Of a stretch of 20,000 nucleotides of DNA, positions 6,749 through 15,331 are shown piece by piece (within the stretch, counting starts at the first letter, position 1; every line of letters begins with the position of its first letter). The notes below the pieces were generated by a model, which did no database searches, was not told the origin of the DNA, and was given only the letters and a program-made list of their open reading frames with translations. The translations under genes were made by a program, and so were the position numbers. The DNA is taken from the NCBI GenBank assembly GCA_964372275.1, contig CAYJRR010000007.1:50245-70244 (forward strand), read 5' to 3'. The stretch is from an uncultured bacterium (lineage in GTDB: Bacteria > CAYJRR01).

Positions 6749-9651
6749 ACGCCCGCCGCCTCATCGCGGGAACGGTCGTCGTCGCCGGCTGCCTTCCGAC
6801 CCGGGACAATCCGAACGACACCCAGAACCGCCCGGCGGCGGTGCTGCGCGTCGTCGATCACACCGAGTCGATCGATCCGGCGACGGGTATCGCCAACTGC
6901 TCCGACGACTTCGGCGCCGCCGTCGAGTATCCCGACTTCGGCGTCGCGTCGCGCGGCCGGTGCCTCGCCTTCGACGCGCGCGGCTCGACCGATCCGAACG
7001 GGGAGGCACTCCGTTTCCGCTACGAGGCGGCCGGAGTCGAGCTCGCCACGTCGGACGATCCGGTGTTGCTGATCGACGGGACGACACGCCGCGCGATGCC
7101 GACCGGCGTCCCGATCCCGTTTTCGGTCGCGGCGATCGATCCGCACGGCGTCGAGGATGTCGCCACCGCGACGGCGACACTCCTCAACGGACGTCCGGTG
7201 GTCTTGGCCGAGCCTGCCTACTACCTTCCGCTTGGAGGCTACGCGTGGTCCCCGGCGGCGGACCACTTGCACCCGTTCCGCGTGCCGTTCGCCTACGATC
7301 CCGACGGCGATCCGCTCGACGTCTGCTGGACCTTTCCCGACGAATCCGAGCCGATCTGCCGGCGCGATCCGCTCGATCCCGACTTCACCCGCGCCCTCCC
7401 GTCGGATCTGGAGCGACGGTACGTCGCCGAGGTCTACGTCACCGACAGCGCCACCCGATCGAGCCCCGCCACGGCCGAGGTGCGAGTCGGTCACGGACCG
7501 GTCTGGTCGTTCTCCTACGCCGACGGGCTCGTCGAGCACCTGGACGGACTCGACCGTACGGTCGTCTTTCCGACCGGCGCCGACGCGACGAGCCACCTTC
7601 CGCCGGAGGCGGCGGCGATGTTCGGACCGGCGTCGAACCGGCGGATCGTCGCGGCCGTCCGCAGCGTCTACGGCTTCCCGGAGGCGGTCTTCGGCGGCCT
7701 GCGGGTCGCCGTCTCGAACGCCGACGGATCCTCGCAGGCGGTCGCCCCCGCCTCGCAAGCCGCGGAATGGTTCTGGGCCCCCGGCGCGAGCGGCATGGCG
7801 CTCGCCGGGAACGAGGACGGGGACCGCGTCTGGGCGGTCGGATCGCGTCCCGGCGACGGCGACTACTCGCTCACCGTGTTCCAGGACGCCGGGCAGAGCC
7901 TGGCCGAGATTCGCCACGAGGTGCTGCCGATGACGGAGGGGGGCGCGCTGGCGTTGCTCCTCGCCGTCGGCGGCGATGGCACCGCCTGGACGACCGCGCT
8001 GCTCGGAACCGCGCTGCACGCCGTCCCGGAGACCGGCACCCGTTCGGGCATCTTCGATCCCGAGCGCGCCTACACCGCGCTCGCCCGCCGTCCGGGGGAC
8101 GGCACGGTCTGGGCCGTCGATGCCGCCAATCCGGAGGGGGGCGATGCATCGACGGCATCGTTGCTCCGTCTCGGAGACGGAGGCGGTCCGCCGACGGAGG
8201 TCCTCCCCCTCGATCGCGCCTACGCCTACGGCCTCGCGTGGGCCAACGAGACCGAAGTCTGGCTCGGCGTCGCCGGCGAGGGGCTCTTCCTGCTGGACGT
8301 CGGGCTCCTCGAGGGCGGGGCGCCGCTGGGGGCCGCGGCGCTCCAGTTCTTCCCGGAGATCGCGGTCGACCATTCGTTCCGACCGGTCGTCGATCCGGTG
8401 TCGGGGGACTGCTGGGTGTCGGGCACCGACGCCGTCGGGAACTCCGTCCACCGCCGCGCCGCGAGAAACGGGTCGTTCGCCGAGATCCCGAACCAGGCCG
8501 GCTCGCTCCTGTTCGTCGACGACGCCGGCGGCCTGTGGTTCGGATTCGACGACGAGACCGATCCCGCCGATCCGGCGCTCGCCTTCGACGTCGTGCGCAG
8601 CGGCACGCCGGCGCTCCAGACCGGCGTCTCGCTGCGCAAGACGTACCTCGGGATCCTGCGGCGCCCGGTCCTCGACCCGGCGACCGGCGGCGTATGGGTG
8701 GCGACGAGCTACCCGCCGACGCTGCTGCTCCTCTCCGCCGACGGGCGCGCGCATCGCATCGTCAACGCCGCGTCGGACGGCGACGACGCGGTTCCGCTCG
8801 GGATGCTCGGGACGCTCGCCCTCACCCCCGATGGCCGTTGGATGTGGGCCTTCGAAGAGAGCGATTCCGGCCCGCTGCGGATCGTCCGGTTCGACCTGTC
8901 GGTCGACCCTCCGGCGTTCGACGAGGTTTTCGGCGATGCGGCGCTGATGACGGAGTTCGACAACAACCGCGTTCTCCTGCCGTCACGACCGGTCGCGACG
9001 GCGGGCGATTTCGCCTGGGTCGTCCGCGGGTACGGAACGTCCGGATTCGTCGCCGCCACGCTCGATGCCGGCGGGACGCTGACCGACCGCTTCACCGTCC
9101 CGCCGACCGAGCACGAAGGGGTCGGCGTCACCTACTTCGCGCCGGGGGCCGCACTCGACCCGGTGACCAACGACCTCTGCTTCGTCACCGTCTCGAACAC
9201 CAGCGGCGGCGCGGTCGTGCGACGCCTCTCGCCGGCCGGCGCCGTCGCGGAGCTCGGACAGGTCCCGATCGGCGGTCTCTTCGGGACGCCGCAGCTGGGC
9301 GAACTGCACGCCGCGACCTCGTTCGACGCGGACGGCGGATCGCTCTGCTGGGTCGTCCATTCGTTCTCGGGTCCGAACGTCGGCACCCGCGCCGTGGTCT
9401 CCGCCCTCCGCCCCGACGGGGAGGTCGCGCACACCTTCGTGCAGGACGATGTCCAGATCAAACGGGTCCGCCCCCTGGGCGAGGATCGGATGTGGATCCT
9501 GCGCGTGCCGCTGGACGGCGGACCGGACGACTCGCTCAGCCAGAAGGTGCGCGTCGACTTCGAGAACGGCGTCCTCACCTCCAGCGGAACGATCGTCCTC
9601 GCCCCCAGCGGCGATGAATCGTTCGACCTTCTCGTCCCGGTCGGGAACTAG
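6745..9651 (+). CDS. Large 968-aa lipoprotein: two PKD/Ig-like modules followed by probable beta-propeller blades
   Basis: GTG overlaps the mgtE stop (GTGA); lipobox VVAG-C then RDNPND; FDARGSTDPNGEALRFRY and AYDPDGDPLDVCWTF; recurring DP..G.VWV / DGTVWA blade motifs. Confidence 0.8.
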   Translation: MNARRLIAGTVVVAGCLPTRDNPNDTQNRPAAVLRVVDHTESIDPATGIANCSDDFGAAVEYPDFGVASRGRCLAFDARGSTDPNGEALRFRYEAAGVELATSDDPVLLIDGTTRRAMPTGVPIPFSVAAIDPHGVEDVATATATLLNGRPVVLAEPAYYLPLGGYAWSPAADHLHPFRVPFAYDPDGDPLDVCWTFPDESEPICRRDPLDPDFTRALPSDLERRYVAEVYVTDSATRSSPATAEVRVGHGPVWSFSYADGLVEHLDGLDRTVVFPTGADATSHLPPEAAAMFGPASNRRIVAAVRSVYGFPEAVFGGLRVAVSNADGSSQAVAPASQAAEWFWAPGASGMALAGNEDGDRVWAVGSRPGDGDYSLTVFQDAGQSLAEIRHEVLPMTEGGALALLLAVGGDGTAWTTALLGTALHAVPETGTRSGIFDPERAYTALARRPGDGTVWAVDAANPEGGDASTASLLRLGDGGGPPTEVLPLDRAYAYGLAWANETEVWLGVAGEGLFLLDVGLLEGGAPLGAAALQFFPEIAVDHSFRPVVDPVSGDCWVSGTDAVGNSVHRRAARNGSFAEIPNQAGSLLFVDDAGGLWFGFDDETDPADPALAFDVVRSGTPALQTGVSLRKTYLGILRRPVLDPATGGVWVATSYPPTLLLLSADGRAHRIVNAASDGDDAVPLGMLGTLALTPDGRWMWAFEESDSGPLRIVRFDLSVDPPAFDEVFGDAALMTEFDNNRVLLPSRPVATAGDFAWVVRGYGTSGFVAATLDAGGTLTDRFTVPPTEHEGVGVTYFAPGAALDPVTNDLCFVTVSNTSGGAVVRRLSPAGAVAELGQVPIGGLFGTPQLGELHAATSFDADGGSLCWVVHSFSGPNVGTRAVVSALRPDGEVAHTFVQDDVQIKRVRPLGEDRMWILRVPLDGGPDDSLSQKVRVDFENGVLTSSGTIVLAPSGDESFDLLVPVGN

Positions 9652-11234
9652 AGCGCTTCGAGGAACGCGGTGACGTCGTCGACGTCCTCCGCGTCGAGGA
9701 CGATCGGTCCGCCGGTGAAGGCGGCCAGGAACAGGCCGGCGGGGGAGGCGGCGAACTCGGCGCCGGTGTAGAAGGCGACCGAGTCTCGAAGCGTGGCGGC
9801 GGCGCCGTTGTGGAAGAAGGGCGGGGTGGCGCCGAGCGCGGCCACCGTCGGAAGGACGTTGAACGGACCCGGGTCGGGTGGAAGGTCCTGGCTGAAGGCG
9901 AGGTCGTCGACGCCTGTATCGGCGTTGAAGGTGTTTCCGAGCGTCGGTCCCTGGTGACAGAAGGTGCACTTTCCCGCGCTCCCGCCGATCGCGGGAAGGC
10001 CACCCACGCCGGCGCGGAACAACGCCGCGCCGCGCTGCTCCTGTGCCGTCACGGCGAGGGCGAACGGATCGAAGCCCGGGTCGGCCACCGCGTCCGGCAG
10101 TAACCGCGATTGCATGAACGCCTCCATCGCCTCCAGCTCTTCGATCGTCGGCAGACGGAAGTCGACGCCCGCTTCGCGGTTGAGCGTCTTCGGGAAGTGC
10201 TGGAAGACGGCCCCCAGCGCGAACGCCTGCAGGTCGGGCACGTCCCCGCCGAAGCCGAACGGGGCGCTCAGGCGAGTGTTGAACGCCGTCGGCGTGACCC
10301 GCCGGACCGACTTCGACTGCGGATGCTCGCAGCCGTCCACGTCGCAGACGACGTCGGCCGGATCGAGGCAGGTCGTCGCGGCATTGCCGTCGTCGGTTCC
10401 CGGAAAGCCGCACACTTCGTCGATGCCGCGCTGGTTCTCGAGGATGAGGCCGAACGCGAGGAGACGTGGAGGATCCTCGAACAGGCCGGGGGGGAGGTCG
10501 GGGTTCGACGCGCCGGTCTGCGGATTCTGCGACACGAACAGCGGATCGGTCGGGCTCGACGCGGCGAGCGCCGCGATGAACGCCGGCGTGATCGCCAGGG
10601 CGACCTCCTCGCGGTGGCAGGTCCCGCAGGTGCGTCCGTTCCCCCGGAAGCGCTCCTTGAAGAAGAGCTTGCGGCCCCGCTTCTCGAGATAGGCGGTGCC
10701 CGACGATCCCCCGGTGGACGACTCTGCCGATCGCCGCATTTTTGATGCGACGTTCAGAAAACCGGCGATGGCGACCGGGGTCGGAGCGCCGGACGGCGGG
10801 GGCCCGTCGCGGCTCGGTACGGCGACGACCGCGACCATGTCGACGGAGAACGACCCGAGCGCATCCCGTGCGGCGTGGGCGTGGAGGGCGCCGCCGGAAT
10901 CGAGCGTCCCCATCGGGAGGATGCGGTCGACCGCGGGATCGATGGAAACGTCGTTCCCGGCGCCGGGGTGGTCGACGATCCACACCTCGTAGGCGGCGCC
11001 GTCGGGCGGTGCGCGCAGGCCGCGTGTTTCGACCGTCATCTCTCCCGTGTCGAGGTCGAGGAGCGCCGACCCTTCCGCCTCCGTGAAGCGTTCCGAGATC
11101 CCCGCCACGTAGCCAAGGTGGATCGCCGCCCGTCCCGCGCGGTCCGGATCGGTCGCGCACCCGGCCGCGATCCCCGCCGCCAGCGCCAACCCGCGCGCGA
11201 AACGTCGCACGCCTTCGCCGTTCCTGGATTCCAT
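9648..11234 (-). CDS. Di-heme cytochrome c peroxidase (bCCP/MauG superfamily) lipoprotein
   Basis: Lipobox IAAG-C; GRKLFF...NGRTCGTCH (10614-10628); RGAALF...KCTFCH (9954-9968); TPPFFHNG..ATLRDSVAFY; start uncertain (11270, 11234 or 11210). Confidence 0.85.
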   Translation of the reverse strand: MESRNGEGVRRFARGLALAAGIAAGCATDPDRAGRAAIHLGYVAGISERFTEAEGSALLDLDTGEMTVETRGLRAPPDGAAYEVWIVDHPGAGNDVSIDPAVDRILPMGTLDSGGALHAHAARDALGSFSVDMVAVVAVPSRDGPPPSGAPTPVAIAGFLNVASKMRRSAESSTGGSSGTAYLEKRGRKLFFKERFRGNGRTCGTCHREEVALAITPAFIAALAASSPTDPLFVSQNPQTGASNPDLPPGLFEDPPRLLAFGLILENQRGIDEVCGFPGTDDGNAATTCLDPADVVCDVDGCEHPQSKSVRRVTPTAFNTRLSAPFGFGGDVPDLQAFALGAVFQHFPKTLNREAGVDFRLPTIEELEAMEAFMQSRLLPDAVADPGFDPFALAVTAQEQRGAALFRAGVGGLPAIGGSAGKCTFCHQGPTLGNTFNADTGVDDLAFSQDLPPDPGPFNVLPTVAALGATPPFFHNGAAATLRDSVAFYTGAEFAASPAGLFLAAFTGGPIVLDAEDVDDVTAFLEAL

Positions 11235-11289
11235 GCCGATCGCATCTGCGACCCGATCGACCCGGGGCAACCCGGAACGATCGGCGCGG

Positions 11290-11742
11290 TCACCTGCCGA
11301 CGACGGCGAGTCCGTGGTCTGCCAATGCCGCGCGCGCGCCTTTGCGCGAGAGCGTGCGGCTTGCCGCGCGCACCTCGTCCGTCACCCACGCCGGAAACGG
11401 CGTCTGCACGGTGCGATGCGCGCCGCTGGCGGTGTGGACCTGTTCGATCGCCGCGAGTCGCGACGCTCCGATCTCGTCGGCGATCGCCACCAGTGCCGGC
11501 CAGAGGCGCCGATGCACCCAGGTGATCTTGTCGTCCACGAGGCGGAAGGCGAGGACCTCGCCGGATTCGAGCACGTCGCCGAGCACGCGGAAGATCGTCT
11601 TCCCCTCGGGATGTCCCCACCAGCTTCCGCGCACGCGCTCGCCGGCGATGGCGTCGACGAGCGTCGGTACTCCGTCGGACCGGCCGGAGACGAGGACGAT
11701 TCCGTGCGTTTCGACGAACGCGATCGCCTGGCGTGTGGTCAT
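11290..11742 (-). CDS. Conserved hypothetical protein, possibly winged-helix/AlkZ-related
   Basis: ATG 11742; motifs GSWWGHP.G..IF and RLVDDKITWVHRRLWPAL; the ORF's upstream extension overlaps the next gene and is unlikely to be real. Confidence 0.65.
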   Translation of the reverse strand: MTTRQAIAFVETHGIVLVSGRSDGVPTLVDAIAGERVRGSWWGHPEGKTIFRVLGDVLESGEVLAFRLVDDKITWVHRRLWPALVAIADEIGASRLAAIEQVHTASGAHRTVQTPFPAWVTDEVRAASRTLSRKGARAALADHGLAVVGR

Positions 11743-11854
11743 CGGTGGGCGGATTGTGACGATTCGGTGACAACGAGAAAACCAGTAGCCAACGATCCCC
11801 CTCGTCCCTAGCATGCGCGTCCTTTTCAACGAGAGAGGCCATGGGGGGCCATAC

Positions 11855-13447
11855 ATGAATCGGATCACGCGTTCGTTTTCGATCGTCCTACTGTCGGTGA
11901 TTGCCGCCTGCGACGGCGGCGACAAGAACGAGAACTCGTCGAGCACGCCCGAACCGGTCGACCAGGAGCCGGTCGTCTCGGCGACGGCCAACGTCACGGC
12001 GGGGATCGCCCCGCTCGAGGTGGAGTTTCGCGGCGTGGCGGCGGGGGGAGACGGGGAGCTCGAGCTTTCCTGGGAGTTCGGCGACGGCCAGGGCGCCGGC
12101 GAGGCCGAGACGAGCCACGTCTACGAGACGCCCGGCACCTTCGAAGCCTCCTTCATGGCGGTCGACGAGGACGGCGACGAGGCGATGGCGCTCGTCCGGA
12201 TCGTCGTCGCCTCGGCGACGCAGCCGGCGGTGACGGCCGGCGCCGACCAGACGACCGGCGTGGCGCCGCTCGCGGTGCAGTTCACCTCCGAGGTCGTCGG
12301 CGGCGAGGCTCCGGTGACGATCGCCTGGACCTTCGGGGACGGCGAGACCTCCACCGACGAGGATCCCCTTCATTCCTATCTCACCCCGGGGAACTACGGG
12401 GCGACCGTCACGGCGACGGACGCCACCGGGGACGCCGCCTCGGCGACCCTGCTGATCTCGGTCGGATCGGACAACGTTCCGGTGGTCGCGATCGGAGCGA
12501 CGCCCGTCTCGGGCGCATCGCCGCTGACGGTCGACTTCACCGCCACCGCCGCGGGCGGCGACGCGCCACTCGGCTTCGCCTGGGACTTCGGTGACGGCCA
12601 GACCGGAAACACCCCGAACGTCTCGCACCTCTACACCGCCAACGGCAGCTATGCGGCGAAGCTGGTGGTGACGGACGCCGACGGCGACTCGGCGGAAGCG
12701 ACCGTCACGATCGTGGTGAACGAGCCGCAGACCACCGAGACCAAGCCCGACCTCCAGCTCTCCAACTTCGGCTTCACCCAGACGGGATTGAAGGACGTCT
12801 ACGAGCCGAACGACGTCTCGCCGCACTACCTCGGCGATTACGGATCGGGGAGCGCGACCTACACCATCACCAGCGCCTACATCGATCCGGTCGACGTCAC
12901 CTACTTCGCGGACGTCACCAACTTCGGCGCGACGCTCAACACCTCGTTCGACGTCGACTTCTACCGCAACCTGGCGGGTGCGCCCGCGGCGGAGATGCTC
13001 GGCGACGACTGGGAGACGGTCACCAACCTCCAGACCAACGGCGTGAAGCGGCTCTACTTCACCGTCCCCGGCTTCCCGGCGAACCAGACGCAGCGGTCGT
13101 TCGTGCGGATCGACACCTTCGACCAGATCGAGGAGTCGGTCGAGGACAACAACCTTTCCGACGGGCTGGACGTGACGATCCCCGGTGACGAAGACTGGTT
13201 CGCGGTCTACGAGCAGACCGGCTTCCTGCTGCAGATCGAGCTCGACCAGGTCCCGGGGGACTACGACCTGGAGCTCTACTACCAGGACGGTTCGCTGCTC
13301 GCGTACTCGGACAATCCCGGGTTCGCCGAAGAGACGATCGACTACCTGACCGACAAGCCGAACGGCCTCTACTACGTCCGCGTCTACGGGGCCGACGGCG
13401 CGCAGGACGCCGCCAACCCCTACCGGCTGACGATCGTCGTTCCCTAG
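11855..13447 (+). CDS. Lipoprotein with 3 PKD domains, a CARDB-like and a PPC-like domain
   Basis: Lipobox VIAA-C; three G.APL.V.F...W.FGDG...H.Y...G.Y units; KPDL...IDTFDQIEESVEDNN (CARDB); GDEDWF...DYDLELY...GLYYVRV (PPC). Confidence 0.9.
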   Translation: MNRITRSFSIVLLSVIAACDGGDKNENSSSTPEPVDQEPVVSATANVTAGIAPLEVEFRGVAAGGDGELELSWEFGDGQGAGEAETSHVYETPGTFEASFMAVDEDGDEAMALVRIVVASATQPAVTAGADQTTGVAPLAVQFTSEVVGGEAPVTIAWTFGDGETSTDEDPLHSYLTPGNYGATVTATDATGDAASATLLISVGSDNVPVVAIGATPVSGASPLTVDFTATAAGGDAPLGFAWDFGDGQTGNTPNVSHLYTANGSYAAKLVVTDADGDSAEATVTIVVNEPQTTETKPDLQLSNFGFTQTGLKDVYEPNDVSPHYLGDYGSGSATYTITSAYIDPVDVTYFADVTNFGATLNTSFDVDFYRNLAGAPAAEMLGDDWETVTNLQTNGVKRLYFTVPGFPANQTQRSFVRIDTFDQIEESVEDNNLSDGLDVTIPGDEDWFAVYEQTGFLLQIELDQVPGDYDLELYYQDGSLLAYSDNPGFAEETIDYLTDKPNGLYYVRVYGADGAQDAANPYRLTIVVP

Positions 13448-13452
13448 GGACG

Positions 13453-13842
13453 GTGCGCGTCGCGAACGTCGTCGCCGCCGCGCTCTTCGCCCTTTCGGTC
13501 GCGGTCCAGCACAACGACCCCGATCCGATCCGGTGGATGGCGATCTACGGCGCGGCGCTGGGCGTCTGTATCGGCTGGGAACGCGGGGCGCGCGTACGGG
13601 CGCCGGCCTGGACGGTGGCGGCAATCGCCACCGTCTGGGCCGCCGCGGCCGCCCTCGGGACGCGGCTCACCGCCGGCGCCGTCGACGCGTTGACCGACTG
13701 GACGATGCACGCCGGCGGCAGCGAGGAGCTTCGCGAATCGCTGGGTCTCGCGCTGGTCGCGGGCTGGATGGGGTGCCTCGGCCTGTGGAACCGGCGGGAC
13801 GCCCGGGTTCTGTCGCCCCCAGGAGACGTCCAGAAAAGCTGA
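13453..13842 (+). CDS. TMEM220-like small membrane protein
   Basis: AVQHNDPDPIRWMAIYG and EELRESLGL motifs; about 4 hydrophobic segments. Confidence 0.8.
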   Translation: MRVANVVAAALFALSVAVQHNDPDPIRWMAIYGAALGVCIGWERGARVRAPAWTVAAIATVWAAAAALGTRLTAGAVDALTDWTMHAGGSEELRESLGLALVAGWMGCLGLWNRRDARVLSPPGDVQKS

Positions 13843-13907
13843 AGGAAATCGAAGGGTCCCCGCGCGCACATGCCTTGCTTCTCTCGTCGGGGAGGGAGGG
13901 CGGACAC

Positions 13908-14396
13908 ATGGGCGGGATACGGGCGGTGGTGGGAGTGGTGGCGCTGTCGTCGATTTCGTTCGCCGGTGCGGCGATGGCGGCGACCGGCGACGAGGGATGC
14001 GTCGACGCCGCGCCGGCGGCGCTCGAGGGTCTCTCGGCGCTCGCCGTTCCGGTGCATCCGAGCTGCCGGGCCGACATGGTCTCCAAGACCTACCCGAACG
14101 GCGTCGAAGGATCGCGCTCGTGGTACGGCGTCCGCCGGGTGGAGGTCGAGTGCAGCTACACCTGCCGCGCCGACAACCTCCCCACCCGGACGATCAAGGG
14201 CACCCGCACCGTGCGCATCTGGGGCTCGGAGGCCGGCTGGGAGCTCGCCTGCTACGCCGTCCCCTACGTGCAGCGCTACAACAACTACCGCGGCTGGTTC
14301 GTCTACGTCCCCGACGAGCCGAAGTCGTTCAGCCCCGCGAAGTCGGACGTCCGCGAGCTCAAGGAGTGGGCCGCGACCGGCAAACTCCCGCGATGA
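13908..14396 (+). CDS. Hypothetical secreted protein
   Basis: ATG 13908 after GGAGGGAGG; signal peptide MGGIRAVVGVVALSSISFAGAAMA; 5 Cys; aromatic-rich. Confidence 0.7.
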   Translation: MGGIRAVVGVVALSSISFAGAAMAATGDEGCVDAAPAALEGLSALAVPVHPSCRADMVSKTYPNGVEGSRSWYGVRRVEVECSYTCRADNLPTRTIKGTRTVRIWGSEAGWELACYAVPYVQRYNNYRGWFVYVPDEPKSFSPAKSDVRELKEWAATGKLPR

Positions 14397-14398
14397 TC

Positions 14399-14489
14399 TG
14401 GCGGAGAGAGAGGGATTCGAACCCCCGAGTGAGTTGCCCCACTACCTGATTTCGAGTCAGGCGCCTTCGACCAGCTCGGCCATCTCTCC
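14399..14489 (-). tRNA. tRNA-Ser (anticodon CGA)
   Basis: GGAGAGA/TCTCTCC acceptor stem, G discriminator, encoded CCA, anticodon arm CCTGA-CTCGAAA-TCAGG, long variable arm, GGTTCGAATCC. Confidence 0.97.
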
Positions 14490-14490
14490 A

Positions 14491-14545
14491 TTGGGGGGGC
14501 CCGTCCGGGCGGCGCCTTCGGCGCCGTCCTCCGTTGCCCCCCCAA
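14491..14545. repeat. Nested inverted repeat (REP-like hairpin) in the tRNA spacer
   Basis: Perfect 10-bp arms TTGGGGGGGC (14491-14500) / GCCCCCCCAA (14536-14545) enclosing a 9-bp inner stem at 14507-14529. Confidence 0.75.
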
Positions 14546-14667
14546 ACCCCCCGGCGGCTCTGGTCGGCCGTCGGCCTCCCGGCGCCGCCCGAGGGTACGT
14601 CGTTGCTTCGGCGGCCGCCCGGGTGGGCGGGCCTCCTTGCGGAGACGTCATACTACGGTTTTCGATT

Positions 14668-14746
<79 letters not shown>

Positions 14747-14756
<10 letters not shown>

Positions 14757-15199
14757 AGCTTCCTTCGCTGCCGGAGGGCCCGGAAGAAGTCGCTCAAGGC
14801 CGCCGCGCACTCCTCCGCCAGCACCCCCTCGACCACCCGCAGCCGGTGGTTGACGCCCGGAACGGCCCGCAGGTCGACCACGGAACCGAGCGCGCCCCCC
14901 TTGGGGTCGCGGCATCCGAACACCACCGTCTCCACCCGGGCCAGGAGCGCCGCACCCACGCATTGGATGCAAGGCTCCAACGTCACCACGAGCGTGCTGC
15001 CGGACAGCCTCCACGACATCGCGGCCCGCGCCGCGCGCCGGATCGCGTGGATCTCGGCGTGCGCCGTGGGATCGTGGCCCGCCTCGCGCGTGTTGTATCC
15101 ACGCCCGAGGACCTGCCCTTCGCGCGACAAGAGCAACGCCCCGACCGGCACTTCGCCGCGCCGGGCCGCCTTTGCCGCCTCGCGCAAGGCGAGGCGCAT
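14747..15199 (-). CDS. tadA: tRNA-specific adenosine-34 deaminase
   Basis: MRLAL..A..A...GEVPVGA, DPTAHAEI, TLEPCIQC, DPKGGA.GS, NH, C...LSDFFRALR; start ATG 15199 or GTG 15238. Confidence 0.95.
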
Positions 15200-15331
15200 G
15201 TCCGTGTCCCACGAGACCAGGAACGGCGAACGATACACAGCTTGTCGGGCCAAGGAAAGGGCGTCCGCCGGTCCGCGCGACGACGCAAAAACGGCCTCCT
15301 CATCGGGCGCGGTTGGAGATAAAAGCGCCCC

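Noticed and set aside
2853-9651. Convergent gene pairs sharing a CTAG stop overlap (2853-2856 and 9648-9651)
   Set aside because: A common result of compaction for TAG-ending convergent genes; no evidence of function.
13864-13879. sigma54-like GCGCACATGCCTTGCT upstream of 13908
   Set aside because: The invariant -24 GG is CG.
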